Part shown: in pieces, positions 15,154 to 27,100 of the stretch
Numbering within the stretch: position 1 is the stretch's first letter
How the letters are laid out: every line of letters starts with the position of its first letter
From: a virus
Lineage: Duplodnaviria > Caudoviricetes
DNA length: 33,200 nucleotides
IMG/VR virus record: IMGVR_UViG_3300032232_000235
Coordinates: 1 to 33,200 of that record
Reading direction: 5' to 3' (one strand)
Notes under the pieces: generated by a model
What the model was told of the DNA's origin: nothing
The model's database searches: none
What the model saw: the letters and a program-made list of their open reading frames with translations, nothing else
Translations under genes and position numbers: made by a program

Positions 15154-17967
15154 ATGACAAGAGCAGATTTACTGTCGACGGTGTTATCGTCTGACGGGTG
15201 GTACTGCGTGGTGGGTCTAAAGAAGACAGGCCACCCTCGACAAATGTTTGTTGAGGACATGCAGGGAGTAGAAGATGCCGTTCAGACTTTGCTGGACGAA
15301 GGATTTGACGTTTACTTTGCGTGTGCAAAGTACGAAGAATCAGGTTCACGTACTAACGATAACGTGAAAAACATCAAGTCGTTTTGGCTTGATATCGACT
15401 GTGGGGTAGGTAAGCCGTATGCCGATCAAGGTGACGGACTAGCCGCGCTTAAAACATTCTGTAAAACTGTTGGCTTACCGAAGCCGACGATTGTGAACTC
15501 TGGTCGTGGACTGCATGTCTACTGGCCTTTGACTGAACCAATCTCCCGCAAAGAGTGGGTTAACACCGCTAAGCGTTTAAAAGTCGTGTGCAATCAGGAA
15601 GGCTTGGAGGACGATCCCGCTAGAACTGCCGATGCCGCGTCTATTCTGCGGATGCCAGACACATTCAACCATAAGACTGAGCCACCACTACCAGTAACAG
15701 TTATGGTGATGGGCGATGAGATATCGTTCGGTGAGTTTAAAGACAAACTGGGCGTGATAGATGAGACGCCAGACTATCTGCCTACATTTGCAGATGACAT
15801 GACCAAGGCGTTGATGGGCAATCGTCAGCACCGATTCCAAATCATATTAGACAAGAACGTAAGTGGAACAGGCTGCCTGCAGCTAGCTAGAGCAATCACT
15901 GACCAAAAGATCTTAGACGAACCACGTTGGCGTGCCACGTTATCTATTGCTAAGTTCTGCACAGACGTCGACACCGCCATACATGATGTATCTAGAGATC
16001 ACCCCGACTACCACCCTGACGAGACAGTCGCCAAGGTACAACTAATCAAAGGTCCTTACACATGCGATTCGTGGGAGGCTATCAACCCATCAGGTTGCGC
16101 AGGTTGCATCCATAAAGGCAAGATTAAAAGCCCTATTGTTCTTGGCGCAGAGATTGCCGCCGCTACAGCAGAGGACAACACGGTTGAGTACGTGACGGAA
16201 GAGAAGACGGTTATCTACGATATCCCCGAATATCCTTTTCCATACTTCAGAGGTAAGAACGGCGGCGTCTACCGCAAGTCAGATGATGATGACCCCGAAG
16301 CCGACTTGATTTACGAGCATGACCTATATGTGGTCAAGCGATTAAAAGACCCGCAAGCGGGTGAAACCATTTGGATGCGTCTGCACACCCCTCGTGACGG
16401 CGTAAAAGAGTTTGCGTTGCCTGTGGTGGATTTGCTGACAACGGATAAGTTACGCGAGAAGCTGGCTTGGTTTGGTGTCGTAGCGTTGAAGAAGCAAATG
16501 GAAAACATCATGGCCTATATCGTTCGTTCGGTAAAGGAGATGCAATATAAACAAGGAGCAGAGATTATGAGGACGCAGTTCGGTTGGACCGAGAAGGATA
16601 AATCGTTTATCTTGGGTGAGCGGGAGATTACCGCACAGGGTGACAAGTACAGTCCACCATCTAGTTACACAGCAGACCTTTCAGATTGGTTCAACCCAGT
16701 CGGTGACTTTGAAGAATGGAAAAATGTAATAAACAAGTACGACATTCCGGGGTTTGAGCCTCATGCGTTTGGATTCTTTACTGCATTTGGCGCACCGCTA
16801 ATGAAGCATCTGCACCTCAAAGGCGCAATCATTAACATGATTAACAATGAGTCCGGCACAGGCAAGACGACAGCCATCAAAGCCATGCACAGCGTGTACG
16901 GACATCCCGAAGAATTGATGTTGATCGAGCGGGACACTATGGCAGTGCGCTTACACCGACTCGGTGTGATGAACAACATTGGCCTAGGGTGTGACGAGAT
17001 TACCAAGATGAAGCCAGACGACTGTTCTGACTTTGCCTATGCAGTTTCTCAAGGCCGAGGCCGTGGGCGGATGAACTCCAACTCGAACTCTGAGCGCAAG
17101 AACTTTGCTAAGTGGCAGACTATGCTTCTTTGTTCGTCAAACGCATCGATCGTAGACAAGCTTAAGTCCTTGAAGTCCACACCCGACGGTGAGTTGATGC
17201 GGGTAATTGAGTATCAAATCCCTGAGACTAAGCTAATCACTAAGGAAGAAGCCGACGATCTGTATCCCAAGCTCTACACAAACTACGGGCATGCAGGGTC
17301 TATCTACATCCGTGACTTGGTAGAAAACTTGGAAGAACGTATCTTAGAAGTTAAGGAACTACAGCGCATCATCGATAAGCAGATTGGATTTACAGGCCGT
17401 GAGCGGTTCTGGTCAGGTGTGGCGGCGTGCAACATAGCTGGTGCTTTGTTTGCCAAGCGTCTAGGGATCCATGATATCGACGTAGGTCGCGTACTCAAAT
17501 GGGCAGTCGCCGAGTTCGGTCAGATGCGTACAGAGATTAAGCCACCAGCCACAACCCACAGCAGTGTGATCGGCGAGTACTGGAGTGAGCACCGTCGCAA
17601 TACCTTGGTGATTAACGATCAGGCGGACAAACGAACGGGGGTAGAGATGCTTCCTATCTTAGAACCACAGGGCGAACTCATCATTCGGATGGAGCCTGAT
17701 ACCCGCAAACTGTTCATCATCAGTAAGAAGTTACGGGCTTGGTGTGCTGAGCACCAGATCACGATAAAGGATGTGCTTACCTCACTTACCAAAGACGGTA
17801 TCTATGTTGGCACCGTGAAGAAACGCATGGCTAAAGGCACGAAGATTAGCGGCATCCCGCCAGTTGACGCGTTTGTATTTGATTGTTCTAAGGGCGACTT
17901 CCTTGACCCTGATGCTTTCATAGGTACTACAGATACGGATGAGGCGCAAGCCGATGAGGATAAATGA
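15154..17967 (+). CDS. Primase-helicase: AEP (RepB-like) primase + Cys-rich helical domain + DUF927/Cch-like helicase
   Basis: WLDID, SGRGLHVYW, ILRMP.T.NHK; Cys cluster; QFGW, GTGKTT, CDEIT, QGRGRGR, SSN, NYGHAG. Confidence 0.92.
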   Translation: MTRADLLSTVLSSDGWYCVVGLKKTGHPRQMFVEDMQGVEDAVQTLLDEGFDVYFACAKYEESGSRTNDNVKNIKSFWLDIDCGVGKPYADQGDGLAALKTFCKTVGLPKPTIVNSGRGLHVYWPLTEPISRKEWVNTAKRLKVVCNQEGLEDDPARTADAASILRMPDTFNHKTEPPLPVTVMVMGDEISFGEFKDKLGVIDETPDYLPTFADDMTKALMGNRQHRFQIILDKNVSGTGCLQLARAITDQKILDEPRWRATLSIAKFCTDVDTAIHDVSRDHPDYHPDETVAKVQLIKGPYTCDSWEAINPSGCAGCIHKGKIKSPIVLGAEIAAATAEDNTVEYVTEEKTVIYDIPEYPFPYFRGKNGGVYRKSDDDDPEADLIYEHDLYVVKRLKDPQAGETIWMRLHTPRDGVKEFALPVVDLLTTDKLREKLAWFGVVALKKQMENIMAYIVRSVKEMQYKQGAEIMRTQFGWTEKDKSFILGEREITAQGDKYSPPSSYTADLSDWFNPVGDFEEWKNVINKYDIPGFEPHAFGFFTAFGAPLMKHLHLKGAIINMINNESGTGKTTAIKAMHSVYGHPEELMLIERDTMAVRLHRLGVMNNIGLGCDEITKMKPDDCSDFAYAVSQGRGRGRMNSNSNSERKNFAKWQTMLLCSSNASIVDKLKSLKSTPDGELMRVIEYQIPETKLITKEEADDLYPKLYTNYGHAGSIYIRDLVENLEERILEVKELQRIIDKQIGFTGRERFWSGVAACNIAGALFAKRLGIHDIDVGRVLKWAVAEFGQMRTEIKPPATTHSSVIGEYWSEHRRNTLVINDQADKRTGVEMLPILEPQGELIIRMEPDTRKLFIISKKLRAWCAEHQITIKDVLTSLTKDGIYVGTVKKRMAKGTKISGIPPVDAFVFDCSKGDFLDPDAFIGTTDTDEAQADEDK

Positions 17968-18148
17968 CCTTGACTATCAGATTAACTGGCGCAAGTTCAA
18001 AAAGGGTACGTCGTTCTTCGTGCCCTGCCTAAAACTAGAGGAAAGTAAAACAACGGTGTTGGCTGTGACCAAGCGTCTTGGTTTCAAGGTAGCAATAAAG
18101 GCCGTTATCGAAGACGGCATCAAAGGACTACGCATCTGGCGTAAGTAA
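17954..18148 (+). CDS. Small basic conserved phage protein, putative DNA-binding (start revised to 17954)
   Basis: W..FKKGTSFFVPC...GLRIWR pattern; GAGG RBS; overlaps the primase end. Confidence 0.75.
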   Translation: MRINDLDYQINWRKFKKGTSFFVPCLKLEESKTTVLAVTKRLGFKVAIKAVIEDGIKGLRIWRK

Positions 18149-21100
18149 CTAGCGCAGTCTCTTAGCGCCCGACAAAACTGGTGCGGTTTCTTGCAGTAGG
18201 TTCTCTGGGATATCTACACCAAGGTTTACCCCAGCATTTGCTAGTCCTTCGTACTTCTTATCAAAACTATCTTCAATAGTTTTTTCTGGATCATCAATAA
18301 AAATAGGGTGTTTAGCGGCGAACTTGTAGAACTCTTGACGTGCTACGTTCTCGGCTGGACTGCCAGCCAAATGCTCTACCCAAATGCGATCCAACAACTG
18401 AGACTTTTTGGTGTTTAACCTAAGCATTCTTTCTGATGCTGCTGAATTTGCACGGTCTACTAGCGATAACTTTTCTGGGCGAATACCGATAGCCTGTGCC
18501 GCAATGTCCAACTTATCGAATTCATCCTTGTGCAAGACAGTCTTGCCCGAAATACGTTTAGCACCTTCTTCATTAAGTCGGTAAGCAACGGCTGGTTTGG
18601 TAACGATTGCAGGAAATAGCTTTTCATACGCACGTTCGTAGTGCCCTTTTTGCGCAAGTTGATATGCAGTAGGTATGTTATCAAGCATGTAACTTGGGAA
18701 TGCGCCAAGATTGCTAATAACCATATCCTGCAGTTCTTGTTTAGCATCAGCGTAGTAGCGTGCATTACGGAAAAGCATCTCCCCCGGGTTAATACCAATA
18801 CGCTCGGTCAAACTCCAGTTAGTTACAGCCGCAGGAATTCCGCGTGCAACTGCATGCGCGGCTTTTATACCTAACTTTTCTGCACTCTCTTCGCCCATGC
18901 CAGACTGCATTGCTAGTTCAGATACAGCTCCGCTAAAGTCGTTCATTAGCATATTAAAGAACCAAGTCTCAAAGTCATCCCAGTCTTCGCCGTCTGGAGC
19001 AAACATGCGGGCAATCGCTGGCAATAATGATACTAAGAAATACAAAGGCGTACCCTCTGCCCCAGCCATTAAGAATGCAGTCACATTGATGATGACTACC
19101 TTACGGAAAGCTTCGCGGTGAATTTCTTTTTGGTAGGCTTCGTATTCTTTTATCTGCTGGTCTACGATCTGTGTGACGTTAGGAGCACCCTTGTACTGTG
19201 CTTCTAAGAATTTCTTAAACTCGTCCCGCTCTGCTGTTGTCAACGGCGCACCAAATGCCAGCCACATATCGCGATAGATGGCACGGAAAATAGTAATACT
19301 CACCTGCTTGAACTGCATCACAAGTGCACCGACAGGGCCTGAGAATGCACGTCCTTTTAGTTGGCGCAGATATTCACCAAGCGAAGCCGCCGCCGCGTCA
19401 CGCGCATCTTCAATCGCTGCGTTAAATGCCTCTTCTTCTGTGTACTTTAGTGGGTCACCTGTATTGGGGTCACGTTGTATAACGCCACGCTCATCGCGTT
19501 TGTCAGCAGTTAAGTATTGCTCATACGCTAAATCAAATACAGACATCAGCGTTACTTCACGAGTCAAGCGGTCAAGCTGATGGAACGGCATCGCTATGCC
19601 TTGCATGATTCGGCTAAACATCCCGTTGCTATACAGCTCGGATGGGCGCTCTGCAAAATCAAACACATCACTGGTTTGCGATACGTTAATGTCGCCGTCG
19701 TCGGTAAATTTTTGTGCGGCACGGGCAGATGCGCCCTTTAGGTAGCCACCTTCCACAATAGAAGGCCACGATATTTCAGCCTTCAAACCTTTACCGATTG
19801 GAGCAAGCGTGCGTTTAGGCATTGTCCGCATGTACTGACCAAAGTATTTAGCCATTACTGCATTTGCTTTAACGACACCGTACTTACCGCCTATGGTGCG
19901 CTCAGCCATAATAGGGAATGCCAAGACGTTCATTAGCGCACTAGCAGGCGCGGTCAAGTTGACCATGAACATCATTTGGTTAGCACCGCCAGCAAATCTA
20001 GCCGCCGCACTTTTATCTTCCATGCTAAAGATGTGCTTGTAGCGTTTTTCAACTTCGTTGATGTAGTCGAGTGCTTCGGTCTGGCGCTTTCCTTGTACAA
20101 ACGCACGAATGTAATCATGTGCGTTGCTCATGTTGTTTAGGAACGGCTGAACATACTTGAACCGAGACTGTTGATATGCCGCCCTCACAGCTGTATCCGA
20201 GAACACACGCAACATATCACCACTTGCGCCTTGCACGGCACGGCGGTTGATAAACATCTTACGCATGCTTTGTTGCGGCAATAGGACGTAGACAAGTTGG
20301 TCAACTGCGCCTTTAATTTCGCTCTTAATAGCATCAGCCGACTTCTTAGTCGTAAAGGCTTGGCCCCCTTGGACTGTAGTCACTGTGTCAGATATATCAT
20401 CGATAAGTTGATTGACGTCTCTTAGCGCACCACCTATATCTTTGTTGTCGGTGTACAACTGAGATATGGCGTTACCCGCCCGCATGCTTTCAGCAGCAGC
20501 TTTTTGAGTTACGTTGCCGTTGGATAGTTCAGCGTACCGTTTGTCGTACGCCAAGTCACGATCAATGTGATTTTCAAATGTGTAGAACTCAGTGCGTCCG
20601 TTAGCAGTAACTTGGAACCAAAAGTCTCCGAATCTCCGTAATGGGAAATAGGGGCGGCTAAAGTTTTCTTCAGCAAACTGCTTGTTGATCTTGCGTATCA
20701 AGTCTTTCTTTTCTGCTGACGTTTTACCGCTTGCTAGTACGCGCATTTTCATTTCACGGACAGTAGCCTTTAGTAAGTCAGTGTAGTAATTACGAACTTC
20801 ACGATACAAGTTTTGGAACTTAGGATCAAGTTTGTTCCATGCATCAACAAGTTGCTGCGGTGCAACTTTATCTTTAGGCCCAGCAGTTAGTGGGTCTATA
20901 TAGCCGGGGCCTTGCGGGTCAACTTCTATGCCTTGGATAGTAGCTTCCAACATGACGCGGGACATCAAGCGAGATTGTGCTGGTGCATCCAACTGCATCT
21001 GCGCCCATTTCTGAATGGTGTCTTTGGCACGGCTAAGCATACGCCCACGGTATGCAAGCATGTCAGTGATAATCTTTACTGCCGAGCCGATGTAAGGATT

Positions 21101-24100
21101 ACTTTGCTGTACATCCTCTTTAAGCATACGTAACCCTAAGAATGGGAACTCTAAACTACGTAACTTAAATTTGCCTGCGCGACGAGCCGCGCTAGCTAAA
21201 CTAGATGCTGTAGGAATACTAGCCATTGCACCTTTAAGTGCATCGCTTAGACGGACTGCTGCATCCTCGGCGGTACGCCACTTACTTGTAAGCGGCCCCT
21301 GCTTGTATCTACCCTTCTTACCTTTGATCGGTGGGGCAAAACGTAATGACCCAGAGATTGCACCTGCTGGGCGGAACGCAGAGAAGATTTCATTTGCTTG
21401 GATTATTGTTGCGCCAGCTACATTGTCGGCACCAAACATCTTCATTGCAAAACGCAGTAACGAGTTATACACCGACCCTTGTGTTGGTGCATATTGGATA
21501 GTACGTAATTTCTTTTGAAAGTCAGCGTTAGTCAGTGCTTCAGCAACAAACTCAAATACGTTCTTAAATCCGTAGGCTTCAATATTTAACTGGCCTTTTG
21601 CGTAGTTGTACATGACATACAACTGAGTCACTGCTTCACGTTGGCGTTGGGTTAAGCCTTTGGTGTCACGCAATACAAACTCAGTAGCGGCGTGCACTAC
21701 TTCATGCAAAAACACACGGTTAGTTAAACCAAATTGCCCGCCAGTTCTAAGGCTGATTGCGTCAGAGCTAGGCATGTACAAGCCAGAATGCACGAGGCCG
21801 GGCATAGCCTTATCAAACTCATCACGCACTAGCGCCAACTGCATGTTCAATGCAGAGGTGTTGTACTGGGGTTTGTACAATTCTTTTAGACCTGCATAGA
21901 CGAGTTCTAAACTCTCAGGCCGATCGTAGTTCTTGAAGTATTTTTCAAACAGTTCTGGGTAGGCACGGCGTACGTAGGTAAAGAGTTGAACCTGCTGCTG
22001 ACTAGACTTGCTGTCTATGTGCTGGCGTACCAATTCTCTTTCACGATTGAAACCAATCGTCGTAGGCAGGTTCAGTTCTGCCAACCGTGCGGCAAGTACG
22101 GAGTACAAGCCAGATGTGTTCTTAGCTACAGCACGTAGAGCGCCGCTGATGTCGTTGTTGTTTATTGCTTCAACTACGGAAGGGTGCAAGCCCTTTTGCA
22201 CGATCTGTCTAAACGTCTGATCAGCCTTACCTTCTGCAAGCATGTCATCAGATACAAAAGTACCATCGCCACGCAAGACGGCGTTTAAGCCTTGAATGAT
22301 TGGGTCGTCGCTGGTTATGCCGAATACTGACTTAAGTGCCTCAATGAACTCACGTACCCACTGCTTTGCTTTTTGGAACTTAGTACCAGCATAGTAGCGA
22401 TCAGATAGAAGATTAGATGCGTTAACCGCCCAGAATTCTGAAGGGTTAAACAGCGCGTACATTTCATACGGCACATCACCATCTTGGATAGCCTTAGACG
22501 CAAGCGCCCAAGCAGCCATGTCTTGCTCAGTGTTGGCTTTGATTACGTTATTTAGATAGAACTGAAGAGCTACATTCTTGGTCTTAGCGGCTTCTTTTAG
22601 TTTGTTTCTAATCTGGCGTGACCACTCATTACGGATCAAACGGCGTATCTGCACGGGCAACATACGCTCGGTATGGTGCAAGATTTCATGGACGGCAGTG
22701 TCTTCTTTAGTAGCGGCGTAGCGTTCAGTTTCTTTATCAGTCTCGAATGGGCTAGGTGCTTTGCGTGTAACTAAGCGAACTATTCTTGCAATAGGGGTGT
22801 AATACCCAGCGGTGCCTTCGTTAGCTTCTTTTTCCCTTTTTGTTTTTGGAAGAGCAATCTTAATAGCTAGGTCATCTGCAAGCGCAGGGTTCTGAATCAA
22901 GAACCAAATAGCAAAGTCGGCGGTCTCTGGGCTGATTCGTCCAGCTTTCTTAGCGTCTTCTAGTGCTGTTATGACACGACCAAACCCACGTTGTTTACTT
23001 TTATTACTACGATTTTTATCTGCACGCTCTTGGATGCTTTCGTTAATCTTGAGCATCGCCTCTGCGTATTGCTCTGCAGTAATCTTGCCATCTTTGTAGA
23101 GCGCATCTAGTTTGTTTATGCCCCTTTGATTATGGGCAATAGATTCGGCAAGGCTTGGCTCAACCTCTCCTGACGGTAAAGCGTTAGCAACGATGCTTCT
23201 AAACATGTTCCTGCGTCTATCTGCAGCCGCAGCAGATGCAAGGTTTGGAGTTGTAGTAGCAGAATCAATAGTTCTATTGACTGTCTTTGTGGGGGGCGTG
23301 AATACATTACGCTCAAGCCCGTCACGGTTCTCTGGTTTGCCTGATAAGAGAGACGCCAGATTTGCAGGATTGTCAGGGACGATGAAGACCGACGAGCCGT
23401 CCATCTGCTTGAGATGGTTGTCAATCAGGAACTTGTATGTTGGTTTGTTTACGTTGATGCAACCAAACGAATAACGTGAGTCTGTCTCGCTATCGCTAGC
23501 AATAGCCTTTGCCCGCATTGAAGCATCAGATTCATTGAGCCACACCGAGTGCATCAGCGTCATGCTGTACTCGCCACTAAAAACTTTATCTAGTACAAAT
23601 ACCTTACCAAAGTCATACTCACCAGCAGTTGTTGCTTCCCCAGCGCTACGTAATGCATCACGAAGACCGAATGTGAAGAACCCTGCGGGGGTAATACGGT
23701 TTTGTGGGAGGGTATTGTTACCTTTAAAGAAGTCCCCGGGGGCCAATCCTGTCAGCGTCTTGGTACGCAACAATAGAGTCCCGTTAGGCTTAAACAAATA
23801 CGTGTGGCCTTTGGGCTTATCTACGATGGTAAGGATCTTGTCGTCTGCTTGCAGCTTATCTTTGATTGCTGGATACAAAACTTTGTAAGACTGTTTAGCC
23901 CCATCCGACATCATCTCCGTGCCTGTTGGCAAGTCGGCAAGTACCTGTTCCGTTATGGCAATCGTGGCGGTTGGGTAAGTAACAAACTCGGCGGTGCTTA
24001 CATTTGTTGGGTTAAAGATGATCGCCGCAGATAGGACACCTATATGCAACTTACCAATAATGTCGCGAATGGCTTCGGCAATAACCTCGGCACCTTCATT

Positions 24101-27100
24101 GGCGTAGCGAACAATGTCCTCTTTGACTTTGAGAATAAAGTCACGCGACCCCGCGCTCAAACCATAGTGTTTCTCTAGGCGATCTATATCTGGTGCAGGG
24201 AGTGCCGCAAGCTGTGGTGCTACGGTTTCTTCTACGATACGGGTTTCACCCTCGATGGTGTAGGGCTCATGAGTAAGCGCAGTAAATGCGTTCTCGGCTT
24301 CTTTCTCTAGCACTTCCCATTCAGCATGCGCTTTTTCTCGTGCGTCAGATAGTTGCTTAAGTTTTACAGGAGAAGGCTGGCTACCATCAGAAGGTTCTTC
24401 TTCATTAGACAGTGCTTCATCGGCAAGCGATAGAACTTCCCACGCCTTCTTTGCCTTGGCAGTAGCAGAATCATAGAGCGCTTGTAGATCAGGCGACGCT
24501 TGGTCAGGTGGCGGCAGTGCAGGTACTTGCTGTACGGTTGCAGGTGGAGTTATAACTACAAGGTCAGTACTGACAGGGGCTGGCATCCCATTAAATTCTG
24601 GTGCAGCCCGTTCCGCTACAGCAATATCAACTTCTAATCTTGAAATTTGCCCCCACAATCCGTCCATTTGTCGGGTAAGCGCCGCCCACTCTCTACCTTT
24701 TTTGCTATCAGGTTTAGGTTCCTTGCCTGTGGGCGTAAGCAATTTATTGCGTTGACCCTTTAGTTCTGCAATTTCTTGCTCAAGTTCAGCGACAGTTTTT
24801 GGCTCTTGTCTTTCTAACGCACGCACCTGCATCCCTGCAGCTTTTGCTTTCTTTGCATCTTCAAGGTTAGTAATAAGTCTAGGGTTAGACGGTTTGTCAT
24901 ACCTACTAGTACTTGGCACAATAGCGTAGTAGTCGTAGCCCGGCCATAAATCACCCGTACTTGGGTCTATATCATCTTCATCTTCTATATCAAAATAAAT
25001 ACCTTCATCGTCTATTTTTTCGGCTATTTCTTGTTCGTTTTCAACAGGCGCAAGACCACTGCTATCTGCAATATGTTTCTTCTCAGCCTTATCTATATCT
25101 CTAAGCGCTTGCTTACGCTTGTCTTTTAACGCATCAACTTCTTGTTCCGCAGCTTCAATTTTGTCTTGTAGCGCTTCGCGTTTAGAAATAGGTAATGTAG
25201 ATAAACCTTCTGATAGTTCGTCTTCAAGGGCACCGAGTCTTTCTTCGGAAGCATCGAGTTCATCTTGTATTTGTTGGCGTTGCTGTTTAAAGTCAGGCGC
25301 AGTAGTTTCAGCTTTGATCTCTTTAGCAGGTGCAGGTGGTGCGGCCTCTAATTTCTTTTGTACGTCTGGCAGTTCTAATGATTGAATGTCGTCAAGCGAT
25401 AGCCCGTGTTTTTCTTGGCCTTCTTTTATGGAGGCTAAATAGGCTTCAAACTCAGCAATCTCATCTTCTGTGTAACCTCTTAGTCTGGAAAATTTCTTCC
25501 AGTCGCCGCTGTTGTAGGCGGCTCTTTCTTCTGGTGTCCAGTCTTTAGGGTTGCTTTCTTTTTCTTTAGCTGCTACTTTATTAGAAAGATCTATATGTTT
25601 AGCTTCCCACTCTTCAACTGTTTGCGTCGGTGCGGCTTCTTTCTTTTCGCCAAAGATATCGGGAGGCTCTGGGGTTCCGTCTTCGGGTGGTGTAAATACT
25701 TCTGTAGATTGAATAGCTGCGCGTTCGTCGGCGGCTTCTTCAGCGGCTAACTTCTCGTCTTCAGTTTGTTGAGGTGCGGCCTCTTCAGCATCTATCTGAT
25801 CTTGGTTGTACTTATCTAAGTCGGCGATAAGATCGTCTTCAGATTTTGTTTCCTTACTTTTTTCTTTGCGTAAGAATCCTTTTGACTTGGCTAAATCTTC
25901 TGCCGACATCGGACGTTGGTCAACAATGGTTTGGGCTAGTTTGTTTGTCTGCTCTTGGACAACCTCACCAGTGCGTTGCAATGCACGAGCGATGACAGCG
26001 TGTCCGCCACCCATACCAGCACCAGCCATTAAGCCTTGTGCGGCGGCTTCTTCTACACCTTCATTCCAAGGACGACCAGTAGCAAGGTTAGTAAAGATTT
26101 GTTCCTGCGCCGACTGGGGCATCTCTTCAAAGACACCTTCTTTAATCAACTCATTACGTACAACTTTCGCAAGAGATTGATTTGCAGCACCAGTACCTAC
26201 ACCTTTAATTCCTGCAGAACGTGCGGCAATTTCGGTTTCTACGTCGCCAATACCAAGTTTGGACGCTGCTTTACCTGCAACAATACCAATAGCCGCAGTG
26301 CCAAAACCCGCCGCTATCGCAGGGGCTACGTAATCTTCCCAATCTTTACCAGCAGCACGGGCTTGGTCAGCGATAGAACCGGCAGTCTGTGCGCCCTCGG
26401 TAGCGCTCGCGGCGGCGGCAATTTGGACAGTTTTTTCTTTTACTTTCTCAGTAATAAACTTCTGTGCGGCTGCGCCTTTTATTCCAAGTTCTGTGGCTTC
26501 TGTAGCGGCTTTACCTGCAAGATACCGTACATATTTACCAGCAACAGCGCCAGCACCAACAGTTCCGGGGAGAGACTCAATAATGGTGTCTAGCAGTGCA
26601 AGCGGGTTTACTGCAAGCGCACTAACAGTATTAAAGAACCCTTTGGCTTGAGCAACTTCGTTTTGTTGCAACTGCATTTGTGGAGACTGCAGTCCAGAAA
26701 TAAACTGGTTAGTTTTCTCGGGGTCATAGCCGAGTTTATCCAGCATCTTGCCCCACTGGCCTATTTGTAATGGGTTAATGTTTGGGTCGCTAGGAATCCA
26801 ACCAGTAGTAAGTTGCGCCAAACCAGCAGCGGTTTGCCCTAGACCCACAACACCTTTAGCTACGGAACCAGCAACGTCTTGCCCAAAAGAACCAACGCCA
26901 TATCCTTCTTGTTCAGCTTGGCGCTTAAGTAAAAACTCTTTAGTTGCGGCTTGCTCGGCGGCTTTCTTAGAGGCAATGCCTTGCTCTCTATCTTTGCGTG
27001 CATTACCACGCATGATCTGCTGATCGATAGCTTCGAGCTGACGACCGGGGGTAAACATAACCGACTCAGGACTACCGCTCTGGCGCATAGTCTCCAAGTT

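Noticed and set aside
24940-25030. AT-rich patch in the giant gene as a foreign insertion
   Set aside because: Short and explained by Asp/Glu/Ile-rich coding; the frame is uninterrupted and no boundaries are visible.
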